From the IMG/VR virus record IMGVR_UViG_3300048590_001376: a DNA stretch of 15,746 nt. One strand, given 5' to 3'. The stretch's first letter is position 1; the number at the start of each line of letters is the position of its first letter. Source of the DNA: a virus. Lineage: Duplodnaviria; Heunggongvirae; Uroviricota; Caudoviricetes. The notes below the pieces were generated by a model. The model saw only the letters and a list, made by a program, of their open reading frames with translations, was not told the DNA's origin and ran no database searches. Below are positions 7,485 through 15,475 of this stretch, piece by piece. The translations under genes were made by a program, and so were the position numbers.

Positions 7485-8032
7485 TCTCCTCGTGTCAATT
7501 TGTCGAATGCCCTGCACAAAAATCGATACGCGAAACGCTCGGCCCAGAGCCGGCTGCCAGCGAAGTACCAGGGCACGTTGTACTTCGATGGCCAGCTCGC
7601 GGCCGTACCCAAAATGGTCGATTGCTTGCCGGACAGCGGCGGCAGGCTGTCCAGAATGGAATCCAGCGAGTCTTCGACCACCACGCAACAGAAGCCGCCG
7701 GAGTTGACCATGGCGGCCATGCGCTCGTGCTCGCGCTCGAAGCGGACATGACCACCAGTGACCGAACCAATGAAGTCAGCACCGCTCTTGCGTTCGATCG
7801 TCAGCCGATCTTCCAGGCCGCTGATCGTGTAGTCGCCTGTCTTCAGTTCGACGCGACGGGTGCGGATCATCACCGGCACAAATGAGCCCTTCGGGCCGAG
7901 TCGATCGTAGATGCCTTGAAACGACCAGGGGGCTTGCTCCGAATTGTCGACCAGGGCAATCCATGGCGCGACGTACAATTCGGACGACGGCTGAGCTGGC
8001 GGCTTGTCAGTTGTGCGAACACGCATAGTCAC
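7481..8032 (-). CDS. Stand-alone ERCC4/XPF-Mus81-family nuclease
   Basis: IALVDNSEQ (cf. VDxREQ), LKTGDYTI and TIERKSGAD motifs. The start is GTG 8032 or ATG 8026. Confidence 0.85.
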   Translation of the reverse strand: MTMRVRTTDKPPAQPSSELYVAPWIALVDNSEQAPWSFQGIYDRLGPKGSFVPVMIRTRRVELKTGDYTISGLEDRLTIERKSGADFIGSVTGGHVRFEREHERMAAMVNSGGFCCVVVEDSLDSILDSLPPLSGKQSTILGTAASWPSKYNVPWYFAGSRLWAERFAYRFLCRAFDKLTRGE

Positions 8033-8043
8033 CGATCCTTGGT

Positions 8044-10437
8044 TTAAGCCTCGATTGCCTCATGCTTGTCAGTGAGTTGCATCGCATCGTCCAGCATTGC
8101 GCGAAGCGACTCGACGAGAAATGTCTTGCGGCCGGGCAGCACGACCTTGCGGCACATCTGTTTGAGCGTGCCCATCTTTCCAACCAGGAACGTCACAAAC
8201 TTGCCGCGGGAACAGGCGGTAAACGCCCATTCGCGACAGCAGACACCATAGTCGCCGGTCGCTCCGGGGTACTCGTCCAGCGCGACGATGACGCACGCTG
8301 TTTCGCTGCCTTGCATCTTGTGGCAAGTGCAGGCGTACCCCAGGTCCAGGTCACAGCCGGCCTCGTTGTCATCGTTCTTTTTCTTGTCGTCGTCGTCGTC
8401 GCTGGCCCGGCCACGAGGGACCAACACAACGCGCTTCGGATTCTGGAACTCAACGATCGTTTTCTTCTCATGCACTTCGAGCACGCGGCCGAACTCGCCA
8501 TTTGCGACATACGCCTTGGGCTGACTGTCTTCGGATGCAGACTCAATGATGCCGTCCGGGTCCGTGTCGCTGTTGGGCGCGATCGGCAGTTGCGAGTTTT
8601 TCAGGCAGATCAACTTATCGCCCACGCGAAACGGCGAGCCCTCGATGCCCTGGCCGCTAGGATTCAGCTCGTGCTGGAGCAGTTTATTGAGCGTCTTGCG
8701 AGCCAGGGTCGACTTGGCGTTGACCGCCACGATGACTTGCGTGTCCCAGATCGGGTCGAATGCCTTTGTTTCGCGAATCGTGCGGACGAGCCCGATAATC
8801 CGCTCGGCGGCATTGCCTTTGGTGGCTGGAATGAGTTTGAGATTCTTGGGCGGCGCGTCATGCGGGGCGAGCGAGTCATCCGTTGGGATAATCGGCTCGT
8901 CCAAGCAGATTGCCCGGCAGGCCCGGACGATCGTACCGCTGTTGCGGCGGATTTTCGTGAGCCTGCCAGTCGGGATCATGTCGAGCAAGTCACACAGCGG
9001 AGCGCCGTGCTCGATGGGCGGCAACTGATTGATGTCGCCAACGAGCAATAGATTCGTGCCACGCCTGATCGCACCGAGCAGCATGGCGAACAGCCCGGTG
9101 CCGACCATGGACATTTCATCGACGATAATGAAAGAGTGAGGGAGTGGATTGTCAGGCCCATGCTCGAATTCCCATTCGCCGCCGTCGACCGCCTTGACGC
9201 CCAGCAGACGGTGAATCGTCGTGGCGCTAATCTGAATGCCCCTCGATTGCATCGCTTCACTGGCTCGCATGGCAGCCTTGCCCGTCGGCGCCACGATAGC
9301 CAGCGGGGCAGCAGGGAAGTCATCGAGAATCGCCTTGACCAGTGAGGCTACGGCGGTTGTTTTGCCAGTGCCCGGCAGCCCAGTCAGGATGCCGATCGAA
9401 CCGGCAATGGCCTTGGCCAGTTCGATGCGTTGGTGCCAACGAGCGTCGTCATTCGTCTCTTCGTCGTTCCGCAGATTGTCGAACGCGGGATGATCGGCGT
9501 CTGGCCAGTTGCGTTCCCAGGAAAGCATTTCGACGACCTTCGCCGCCACGGCTTTTTCGCTATTAGCCTTGCGAGCGTCGGCAATCCAGAATTGCTCGCG
9601 ATCGTCCCAGCGCGTCGCCAACAGCTTCATGTCGATTGCTGTCTTGACCGCGCCGGCCGGGTCAATCTCGGCCCCGGAAATTCGCTCGCGCAAACCGCGA
9701 ATGATTGCATCGGCGGGCAGCCAGGTATGTCCTTCCATGTCGGAAGCGACGGTATGCCAGGCGCAGTACGCCTGACGCCGCAAGTCGCCCGGCGGATGAC
9801 CGAGCTTGAGGTACATGTTGTCGGCGCGCAGGAAGCCACACCCCCGGAACCGCATGATCTGGTAGGGGTCGTCTTTGAGCATGTTGACGGCTCGCGCACC
9901 CCAGGCTTGAATCGCTTTCTCGACCGTATTGCGAGGGAAGCCGTAGCCGTTAATTAGGGCCATTAGCTCGATCTGGCAGGATTCGAGTCCCTTCCAGTGT
10001 TCGAGCTGTTCCGCCGCGGCGATCGCGGCGTCGAGTGAAAGTCGCGGGATTGCATGAGCCACGATTTCTGGCGACTCGCGGAGCATGCGCACGGCGTCCT
10101 GGCCATACTTCGACCACATCGCCGAGGCGATCGACTGGCCAACGCCCTTGCACTGCTCCAGGTAGCGAATGATGCCTGAGCGCTCGACGGGCTCGCAGCG
10201 ACGGAACGACGAGAACTTGAAGCCCTTGCCGTGCTTGGGATGCGACTCCCAGTAGCCGAAGAAGAAATACTCGCCACCCTCCAGCAGCTCGCCATATTGA
10301 GAGTTGCCGAGGATGCGGAACACTGCCGGCATGGTGCCGCGATCGAGCGACGTGGGGCGAGCGTCGGCGATGGCGAACGTGTCGCGACGCCAGAATTCGC
10401 CCGCGAAAATAGCGCGGATTTCGATGTTTTTGGCCAT
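8044..10437 (-). CDS. recD2: RecD2/TraA-family SF1B helicase (about 797 aa)
   Basis: N-terminal HPKHGKGF segment and HhH region (IIRYLEQCKGVGQSIA), Walker A GLPGTGKT, IIVDEMSMV, LLVGDINQLPPI, LGYACTCHKMQGSE, AFTACSRGK. ATG 10437 is preferred over GTG 10521. Confidence 0.9.
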   Translation of the reverse strand: MAKNIEIRAIFAGEFWRRDTFAIADARPTSLDRGTMPAVFRILGNSQYGELLEGGEYFFFGYWESHPKHGKGFKFSSFRRCEPVERSGIIRYLEQCKGVGQSIASAMWSKYGQDAVRMLRESPEIVAHAIPRLSLDAAIAAAEQLEHWKGLESCQIELMALINGYGFPRNTVEKAIQAWGARAVNMLKDDPYQIMRFRGCGFLRADNMYLKLGHPPGDLRRQAYCAWHTVASDMEGHTWLPADAIIRGLRERISGAEIDPAGAVKTAIDMKLLATRWDDREQFWIADARKANSEKAVAAKVVEMLSWERNWPDADHPAFDNLRNDEETNDDARWHQRIELAKAIAGSIGILTGLPGTGKTTAVASLVKAILDDFPAAPLAIVAPTGKAAMRASEAMQSRGIQISATTIHRLLGVKAVDGGEWEFEHGPDNPLPHSFIIVDEMSMVGTGLFAMLLGAIRRGTNLLLVGDINQLPPIEHGAPLCDLLDMIPTGRLTKIRRNSGTIVRACRAICLDEPIIPTDDSLAPHDAPPKNLKLIPATKGNAAERIIGLVRTIRETKAFDPIWDTQVIVAVNAKSTLARKTLNKLLQHELNPSGQGIEGSPFRVGDKLICLKNSQLPIAPNSDTDPDGIIESASEDSQPKAYVANGEFGRVLEVHEKKTIVEFQNPKRVVLVPRGRASDDDDDKKKNDDNEAGCDLDLGYACTCHKMQGSETACVIVALDEYPGATGDYGVCCREWAFTACSRGKFVTFLVGKMGTLKQMCRKVVLPGRKTFLVESLRAMLDDAMQLTDKHEAIEA

Positions 10438-10459
10438 GGCTAGGATTTCAGGAGAAGAC

Positions 10460-10488
10460 CCAGCGGGCCGGATCACCCAGCCCGCTGG
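10460..10488 (-). other. 12-bp GC-rich hairpin upstream of recD2
   Basis: Minus strand CCAGCGGGCTGG-GTGAT-CCGGCCCGCTGG, with one G-U pair. Confidence 0.7.
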
Positions 10489-10549
10489 TGAAGGAGTCAG
10501 CCAGAAACGCGCGTCCTGCACGAATAGGGAGCCTGGCTAACGATGCGGA

Positions 10550-11185
10550 CTACTTGAATGAATCCCACACCGAGCCGCCCGTAGCGACCGGCTGCGTCGA
10601 CTGCTGCGTCGTCTTGTGGGTCGGAGTCGGCTTGTTTTCCTGACTGTGGCCATTGCCATTGCTAGCCGGTGCGCCGCCGAGTAAGGCGATCCACTCCGGG
10701 TCTTTCGGAATGCCCTCTGCCTTTTTCGACAGCGGGTGCATGAACGACCAGCCGGCGTCGGGGAACTTCTTGTCAGCGCTGGCGCCGGTGCCGGGCCGCT
10801 CGTCGATGTCGGCGCAGTATTGCCGACCCACGACCTCCTCGATCGGAATATCGACTTCCTCGCCGCGAGCCTTGGCATCCTGCCACTGCTGATCGGTCGC
10901 CAGATCGGTCGCGATCGTGAACAACCGCAGCGCGTTCTGTGCGCCTTCGGACGTGCTGTCCGGGTTAAAGTAATTGGTCATCGTGCGGCCGGTCTGGTCG
11001 CCATCGGCGGGATTCTTCGGCTTACCAGCCAAGACAACCGCCTTGATCGACAGCTTGCGGCCTTTGTCGCCGTCTTTCAGCTCGTAGCTCTCGACGCTGA
11101 AATGATAGCGGCCGGGACGAGGCATCTTGCCGCCGCCGCTGCTTTCGCCTTCACTGACGTTATCCGACTTGCATCGCAGACTCAT
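10550..11185 (-). CDS. Probable phage single-stranded DNA-binding protein (DUF669-like), 211 aa
   Basis: SD AGGAG before ATG 11185. PRPGRYHFSV N-terminal motif, beta-rich core, disordered tail ending WDSFK, and location directly after an AAA_24 ATPase. Confidence 0.65.
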   Translation of the reverse strand: MSLRCKSDNVSEGESSGGGKMPRPGRYHFSVESYELKDGDKGRKLSIKAVVLAGKPKNPADGDQTGRTMTNYFNPDSTSEGAQNALRLFTIATDLATDQQWQDAKARGEEVDIPIEEVVGRQYCADIDERPGTGASADKKFPDAGWSFMHPLSKKAEGIPKDPEWIALLGGAPASNGNGHSQENKPTPTHKTTQQSTQPVATGGSVWDSFK

Positions 11186-11229
11186 TGCATCACTCCTAAC
11201 TAGGTTTCCAGGAAACACACGCTCAAACA

Positions 11230-12753
11230 TCAAAACGGAATGGGGTCGACCGCATCCTCCGTCTTCTGCAACATGTCGAACAGCTCTTGGCCATGGGCCA
11301 GGGTCATATCCTCGTAACGCGAGTAGCCGCGAGCCTGGAGCCACTTGTCCCGCACGATATCCGGGAAGCCGATGCGAGCTGCCACGGTCTTGATCTTGTT
11401 GATTTGATCCGGTGAGCAATGGCCGTTAGCCCGCTTGGCGAGCAATGCCTTGAGTCGGTCGATCGATTCCGCGGCCTGCTCCTTCGACAAGAGCGTGATA
11501 TGCTCGACCCCGTAGGCTTTCATCACACCTTGCCAGGGAGCGATGTCATTGCCGAACGCTTGCGGCAGCAGGGCGTAAATTTCATCCCGCTGGGCCTGCG
11601 TGCAGAGCGGCGAATTCGCCTCGTGCTCGGCAATCTGTTGATCGATCTTGGCGACCTTTTCTTCTCGCTTCTGGTCGGCCGACTGCTGCTGGCTGGCCTC
11701 ATGCGCCTCGCGCTGCTTGGCGGCGGCGGCTTTCATCTGCTCCAGCTTCGACAACTCGGCTTGCGCGGTTTCCTTATTGGCTTCCGCGATGCGAGCCTGG
11801 AGCTGCAACCGCTGGTCGTCGGTCATGGTTTCTTCGACGACGCGCTCGGCGGGTTTCAGATTGCTGAAATCCGGCGGACTGAGGATGTAGTTGCGAATCG
11901 CATTGGGCGAGGCTTCCGGGAGCCGCGGCGGCAGCACCGGCTTGTCTTCGTCGGCACTGGCGCCAAAGAACAACAGCCGCTCTTTCATCAGAATGCCGGC
12001 AGGGACTCGCGGCGCTTCTTTGCCTTTGGTCTTGGGTTTACGGTCCAGCTCCAGGTGCAGCGTGGCGAGCTTGCTAAGCACGTCCAAGCCTTCGGCGATC
12101 CGGTTGCCCGTCTTGGAGTTTCCTTCCCATTCGTTTTTCAAGTGGACTGTCAACACGAACGTCTCGAACCGCAGCCGGCAATCCGTGGCCAGGATGTAAC
12201 TCAACACGGACTTCACATCCGGCCACAGGTACGTGCTGGCCATCTTCTCGTACTGGTTCGCCGTGCGGCCGAAGGCTTCCGGGTGCATCTTGAGCCATTC
12301 GACCAAGCCCTCCTGGAGTGGAGTGAACGTGTCGCACGCTCCGACGCGATACTGCTTGGGCTCGATCTTCAACAGCGACAGATACCAGGCGCGAAACAGC
12401 GAAGCGGACGGCGAGTTGTTCACGTCCGGCTTTTTGAGCAGGATTTGCCGCCACAAAGGATCGGTGTCCTGCGCGGGGAACACCTTGCGATGCACGCCTT
12501 CCATGACGGCCGCGCGAGTGTCGAGCCAGCGGATGTTGAAGAAGCTCTCGTAGCTCTCGGCCGAGCCCTCCTGGTCCCAGACGATCGTAGTGGGATCGTG
12601 GTCGCGGGTGCGGCAGTCGGGGTCGATGTTCAGATAGAACAGCGTCTTGCCGCTGTTGACTTCGCCGCTAATCAAGATGATCGGAATGCGCATCGGCCCC
12701 CAAAGCGATTGCTTGGATTTATCCTGCGCGACGGGCTTGGTGGCTGTGGCCAT
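11230..12753 (-). CDS. AAA_24/Sak4-like phage ATPase/recombinase with coiled coil and two C-terminal helical repeats (507 aa)
   Basis: SD AGAGGAG before MATATKP. Walker A ISGEVNSGKT, WDQEGS motif, Walker B GACDTFT. The frame is also open upstream to ATG 12957. Confidence 0.75.
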   Translation of the reverse strand: MATATKPVAQDKSKQSLWGPMRIPIILISGEVNSGKTLFYLNIDPDCRTRDHDPTTIVWDQEGSAESYESFFNIRWLDTRAAVMEGVHRKVFPAQDTDPLWRQILLKKPDVNNSPSASLFRAWYLSLLKIEPKQYRVGACDTFTPLQEGLVEWLKMHPEAFGRTANQYEKMASTYLWPDVKSVLSYILATDCRLRFETFVLTVHLKNEWEGNSKTGNRIAEGLDVLSKLATLHLELDRKPKTKGKEAPRVPAGILMKERLLFFGASADEDKPVLPPRLPEASPNAIRNYILSPPDFSNLKPAERVVEETMTDDQRLQLQARIAEANKETAQAELSKLEQMKAAAAKQREAHEASQQQSADQKREEKVAKIDQQIAEHEANSPLCTQAQRDEIYALLPQAFGNDIAPWQGVMKAYGVEHITLLSKEQAAESIDRLKALLAKRANGHCSPDQINKIKTVAARIGFPDIVRDKWLQARGYSRYEDMTLAHGQELFDMLQKTEDAVDPIPF

Positions 12754-12956
12754 GGGTTCTCCTCTGTCGAAATGTGTGATCTTGCCGTGGTGATCGGTGT
12801 GATGCCGGAAGTCGCCGAGCTTTCGCATCCAGCCAGTCAGGTTGTCGATCGGCTGGCCCAGGAACCTTTGGGCGATGGGTGCCGCCTCGCGAATGACGCC
12901 GGCAGAATCAGTCGCAACGCGAATCGTGAACTGAGTACATGAAAGCCAGTGGAACA

Positions 12957-13214
12957 TTACCGTTCTGTTTTTGATCGGCGTGGTGCGGGAGCCGCCAGCT
13001 TGCGACCGGAAGGTACTTTCGACGCAGCCACCACGCCGTTTGCTTTGAAGTAAGCTAGGTGAGCCCGCTTCGCTTCCCATTCCGTCAACGCAGGCATGCT
13101 GGCGGAAATCGATTCGGCCATGCGCCGCAACGTCTCGGCGCGGGATACGGGGCAGCAGCCGGCCATCATGCGGTCGAACTGCTCGCCGGAGTTGTTGAAG
13201 TAGTCGCGGGCCAT
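12957..13214 (-). CDS. Hypothetical protein (85 aa)
   Basis: ATG immediately follows the exonuclease stop (TAAATG), and its own stop overlaps the next ATG (TAATG). Confidence 0.7.
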   Translation of the reverse strand: MARDYFNNSGEQFDRMMAGCCPVSRAETLRRMAESISASMPALTEWEAKRAHLAYFKANGVVAASKVPSGRKLAAPAPRRSKTER

Positions 13215-14300
13215 TTAAGTCCTCACCCATCGGCTTAAGCCGTCAAGAATGTTCTCCAGCGCGGTGACTTGCTTGGCGGTCACTCGGTCGCGCTGGTCGA
13301 TGTAATTGTTGATCGATCCGGCGGTTTCGGATGCGCTGGAGCCGAAATCCTCGGCGTCCTCCGGCAAGTCTTCGACCATGCCCATGATTTGGTCGATCAG
13401 CTCGCGGGCGTGCTCCACGTCGCCATCGACGCTCTTGGCATTAGTCGCCGACCGCAAGCCCTTTGGCTGTTCAGGCTGCGCCACCGGCGCGGCTGGGGGC
13501 GTGCTACGTCCGTTGTCCCCAGCCGCGCCGCCGTTATTAGTCAGTCCATCGAAAAGTCGCAGGCTCGTGGCGACATGGAGCGTGCATTCCAGGTCGCGGC
13601 GTAAATAAGCAATCGCGGCCTTGCGATCTTCGCGCCATAGCCGAGCGAAGTCCGCGCCGCTGCCGTTCTTGCGCGGCCCGCCGAAGTAGGCGCTCAACAA
13701 GTCCAGACTGACGCGATCACCCCAGACGCCACAACCCCAGACTGCCGCCGTGTCGACCAGCATCGGGTGCCAGTAGCGGCGGTTTTTGTCGAGCACCCAG
13801 GACGGAAAGTCGACGCCGAGCAACCAGCTCCGTCGCACCAAAAACGGCATGTCGAAAGAGTGAATGCAATGGCCGATATAGCGGCCTTGCGGCGACTCTG
13901 CATAAGCGGCCTGGAGCATGCTCCAGAACTGCCGGATCAGCGCGGCCTCGTCGTCATTGCCATCGGCGATCATGCTGCGGCCATCGGGCATCATGTAGCC
14001 AATGGCCAGGACACAGCCAGTGCCAGCGCACAACGCGGCCTTTTCGATCAGGCCCGCTTCGTACTCGGCTTTCTTGTTGACTAGCAGTTGGTCGTACTGC
14101 TCGATTGCGGCCTCGTGCTCCGCTCGCTTGCCCGCAATCTTCTCAGCGGCCTTCGCGGAGCCGAGATTGCCAACCTTGACGCTGTTGGGGTCGAACTCGC
14201 CGGGATGCGGGTACTGCGACGGGTCGAACGGACCATGCACATCCGGGAGTCGTTCGAGCGGCAGACATGACGTTTCAATGTCGAACACAAGCGCGGGCAT
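13215..14300 (-). CDS. DnaQ-superfamily 3'-5' exonuclease (PolB-exo-related) with C-terminal extension (361 aa)
   Basis: ExoI FDIET, ExoII GHCIHSFDMPFL, ExoIII YLRRDL. SD GGAG before ATG 14300. Confidence 0.85.
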   Translation of the reverse strand: MPALVFDIETSCLPLERLPDVHGPFDPSQYPHPGEFDPNSVKVGNLGSAKAAEKIAGKRAEHEAAIEQYDQLLVNKKAEYEAGLIEKAALCAGTGCVLAIGYMMPDGRSMIADGNDDEAALIRQFWSMLQAAYAESPQGRYIGHCIHSFDMPFLVRRSWLLGVDFPSWVLDKNRRYWHPMLVDTAAVWGCGVWGDRVSLDLLSAYFGGPRKNGSGADFARLWREDRKAAIAYLRRDLECTLHVATSLRLFDGLTNNGGAAGDNGRSTPPAAPVAQPEQPKGLRSATNAKSVDGDVEHARELIDQIMGMVEDLPEDAEDFGSSASETAGSINNYIDQRDRVTAKQVTALENILDGLSRWVRT

Positions 14301-14324
14301 GGTGTAACTCCATCGTTTTGACAA

Positions 14325-14356
14325 GCCACTCGGCGGCACAATTACCGCCGAGTGGC
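14325..14356. other. Perfect 12-bp inverted repeat hairpin between csrA and the exonuclease gene
   Basis: GCCACTCGGCGG-CACAATTA-CCGCCGAGTGGC. There is no U-tract on the minus strand. Confidence 0.75.
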
Positions 14357-14391
14357 GAACCGAAATGCCTCAAACACTGCCCTTGCCTCGA

Positions 14392-14628
14392 CTAGCCTGT
14401 CGGCTCAGTCGGAACGACATCCGTATCGCTCGCCGGATTGACTTCCCTGTCGGCGGCATCCCTGTACTGCTGTGGAAGATGGTCCCTTACTTCCGATCGC
14501 CGGATGGGGATTTCCTTCGGGGCTTCGACGCCGATCTGAACTTGGGCGCCGTTGTAGCCAACGAAGAAAACCTTGATGTCGTCACCGATCTCAAGGGATT
14601 GTCCGGGTCGCCGGGAGAGAACTAAGAT
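14392..14628 (-). CDS. csrA: CsrA/RsmA-family translational regulator with non-canonical ATC start (78 aa)
   Basis: Manual translation gives (I/M)LVLSRRPGQSLEIGDDIKVFFVGYNGAQVQIGVEAPKEIPIRRSEV, matching the CsrA pattern MLVLSRK.GE.I.IGDDI.....V.IGI.AP..V.I.R.E. SD AAGGAGGT lies 5 nt before the ATC. Confidence 0.88.
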   Translation of the reverse strand: MLVLSRRPGQSLEIGDDIKVFFVGYNGAQVQIGVEAPKEIPIRRSEVRDHLPQQYRDAADREVNPASDTDVVPTEPTG

Positions 14629-15230
14629 GGCACACCTCCTTTTGTGCTGAAATTCGTAAAAGCAAAATCTCCGAATACTTCAATCGCCGCATTGTCATAC
14701 GCCATGGCGGCTTCTGTTTCGTCAGCGAAGTGACCAATGTGAATCGACTTCCGGTCGACATGCAGTAAAACTCGCCACTTGTTGGCAGCCTTGTTCCAGT
14801 GGACCCCCTTGAACTGCGATGTCTTCGCGTTCTTCCGCTTCCTGGTATTCCGCATTTGCTGCGTGCGGGTGGCCCATCGGCAATTACCCGGTTCGTAGTG
14901 GCCGTTGGTGTCGCGGCGATCCAGTTCAAGGCCGTCGGCATATCCATTGGAAATTGCCCAATCCCGGAAGGTCTCAAAGCTCGTTTTCCATTCCTCGCAA
15001 ACCGCGATTCCGCGTGCGCCGTAATACTCGTATGCGGGGCATGATCGAAGGTAGCATCGCGATTTCATGGATCGCCAAGCCAAGTACAGCCTCGACTTGC
15101 TTTGGCCGTGCGTTCTGGCGGGCGACTGAAACCCGGCTACGCGACATGGCACAGAGCAGAATCGCCTCCGTTTGCTTGGCGGGTGGCAAAACGACCTTCC
15201 GCAAACAGGGCACGTCGCAGCAATAGGCAT
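14622..15230 (-). CDS. HNH endonuclease with N-terminal Zn finger and C-terminal AP2 domain (homing-endonuclease-like, 202 aa)
   Basis: CPVCGRSF...FCSVPC, then YLAWRSMKSRC...YGARGIAVCEEW...LELDRRDTNGHYEPGNCRWAT (HNH), then FKGVHW...KWRV...HIGHFADETEAAMAYD (AP2). ATG 15230 follows AAGGTG. Confidence 0.9.
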   Translation of the reverse strand: MPIAATCPVCGRSFCHPPSKRRRFCSVPCRVAGFQSPARTHGQSKSRLYLAWRSMKSRCYLRSCPAYEYYGARGIAVCEEWKTSFETFRDWAISNGYADGLELDRRDTNGHYEPGNCRWATRTQQMRNTRKRKNAKTSQFKGVHWNKAANKWRVLLHVDRKSIHIGHFADETEAAMAYDNAAIEVFGDFAFTNFSTKGGVPS

Positions 15231-15247
15231 CCATGCACCTTGAATCC

Positions 15248-15275
15248 AAAACGCGACTTGCTCAAGAAAGTCGCG
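15248..15275 (-). terminator. Putative intrinsic terminator/attenuator in the early-operon leader
   Basis: Minus strand CGCGACTT-TCTTGAGC-AAGTCGCG followed by TTTT. A T4 run also precedes it. Confidence 0.55.
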
Positions 15276-15475
15276 CAAAAGCTACCAACCGAGAGAGTGC
15301 CAACAAGGCAGCCGCCACCTTGGCGGTTCAAACCCTAGAAAACCGCTGCGGGTGGTTCCCTGGGGCCGGTAGCTTGATTAACAACTGACGCTGCACAGTG
15401 CGCCAGGTCGCCCGGAGAGCGGGCCTGAAGCACTAGGTTTTAGGGGTGCCGCTTAATGTCCGGCTGACAACCAAG

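Noticed and set aside
10438-10521. GTG start for recD2 at 10521
   Set aside because: It has no SD, the 28 extra residues do not resemble RecD2, and the segment holds a strong hairpin. ATG 10437 is preferred but not proven.
12958-13230. Upstream part of the 666-aa ORF-track call (start 13230)
   Set aside because: It overlaps the 85-aa gene in another frame and is low-information, so it is probably not translated.
15137-15331. 64-aa minus-strand ORF in the early leader
   Set aside because: It overlaps the HNH gene, has no SD and spans the terminator hairpin.
4-15338. Numerous plus-strand ORFs, including long ones (5860-6780, 8062-9051, 11419-12942)
   Set aside because: They are antisense shadows of GC-rich minus-strand genes, with no RBS and no recognisable motifs.
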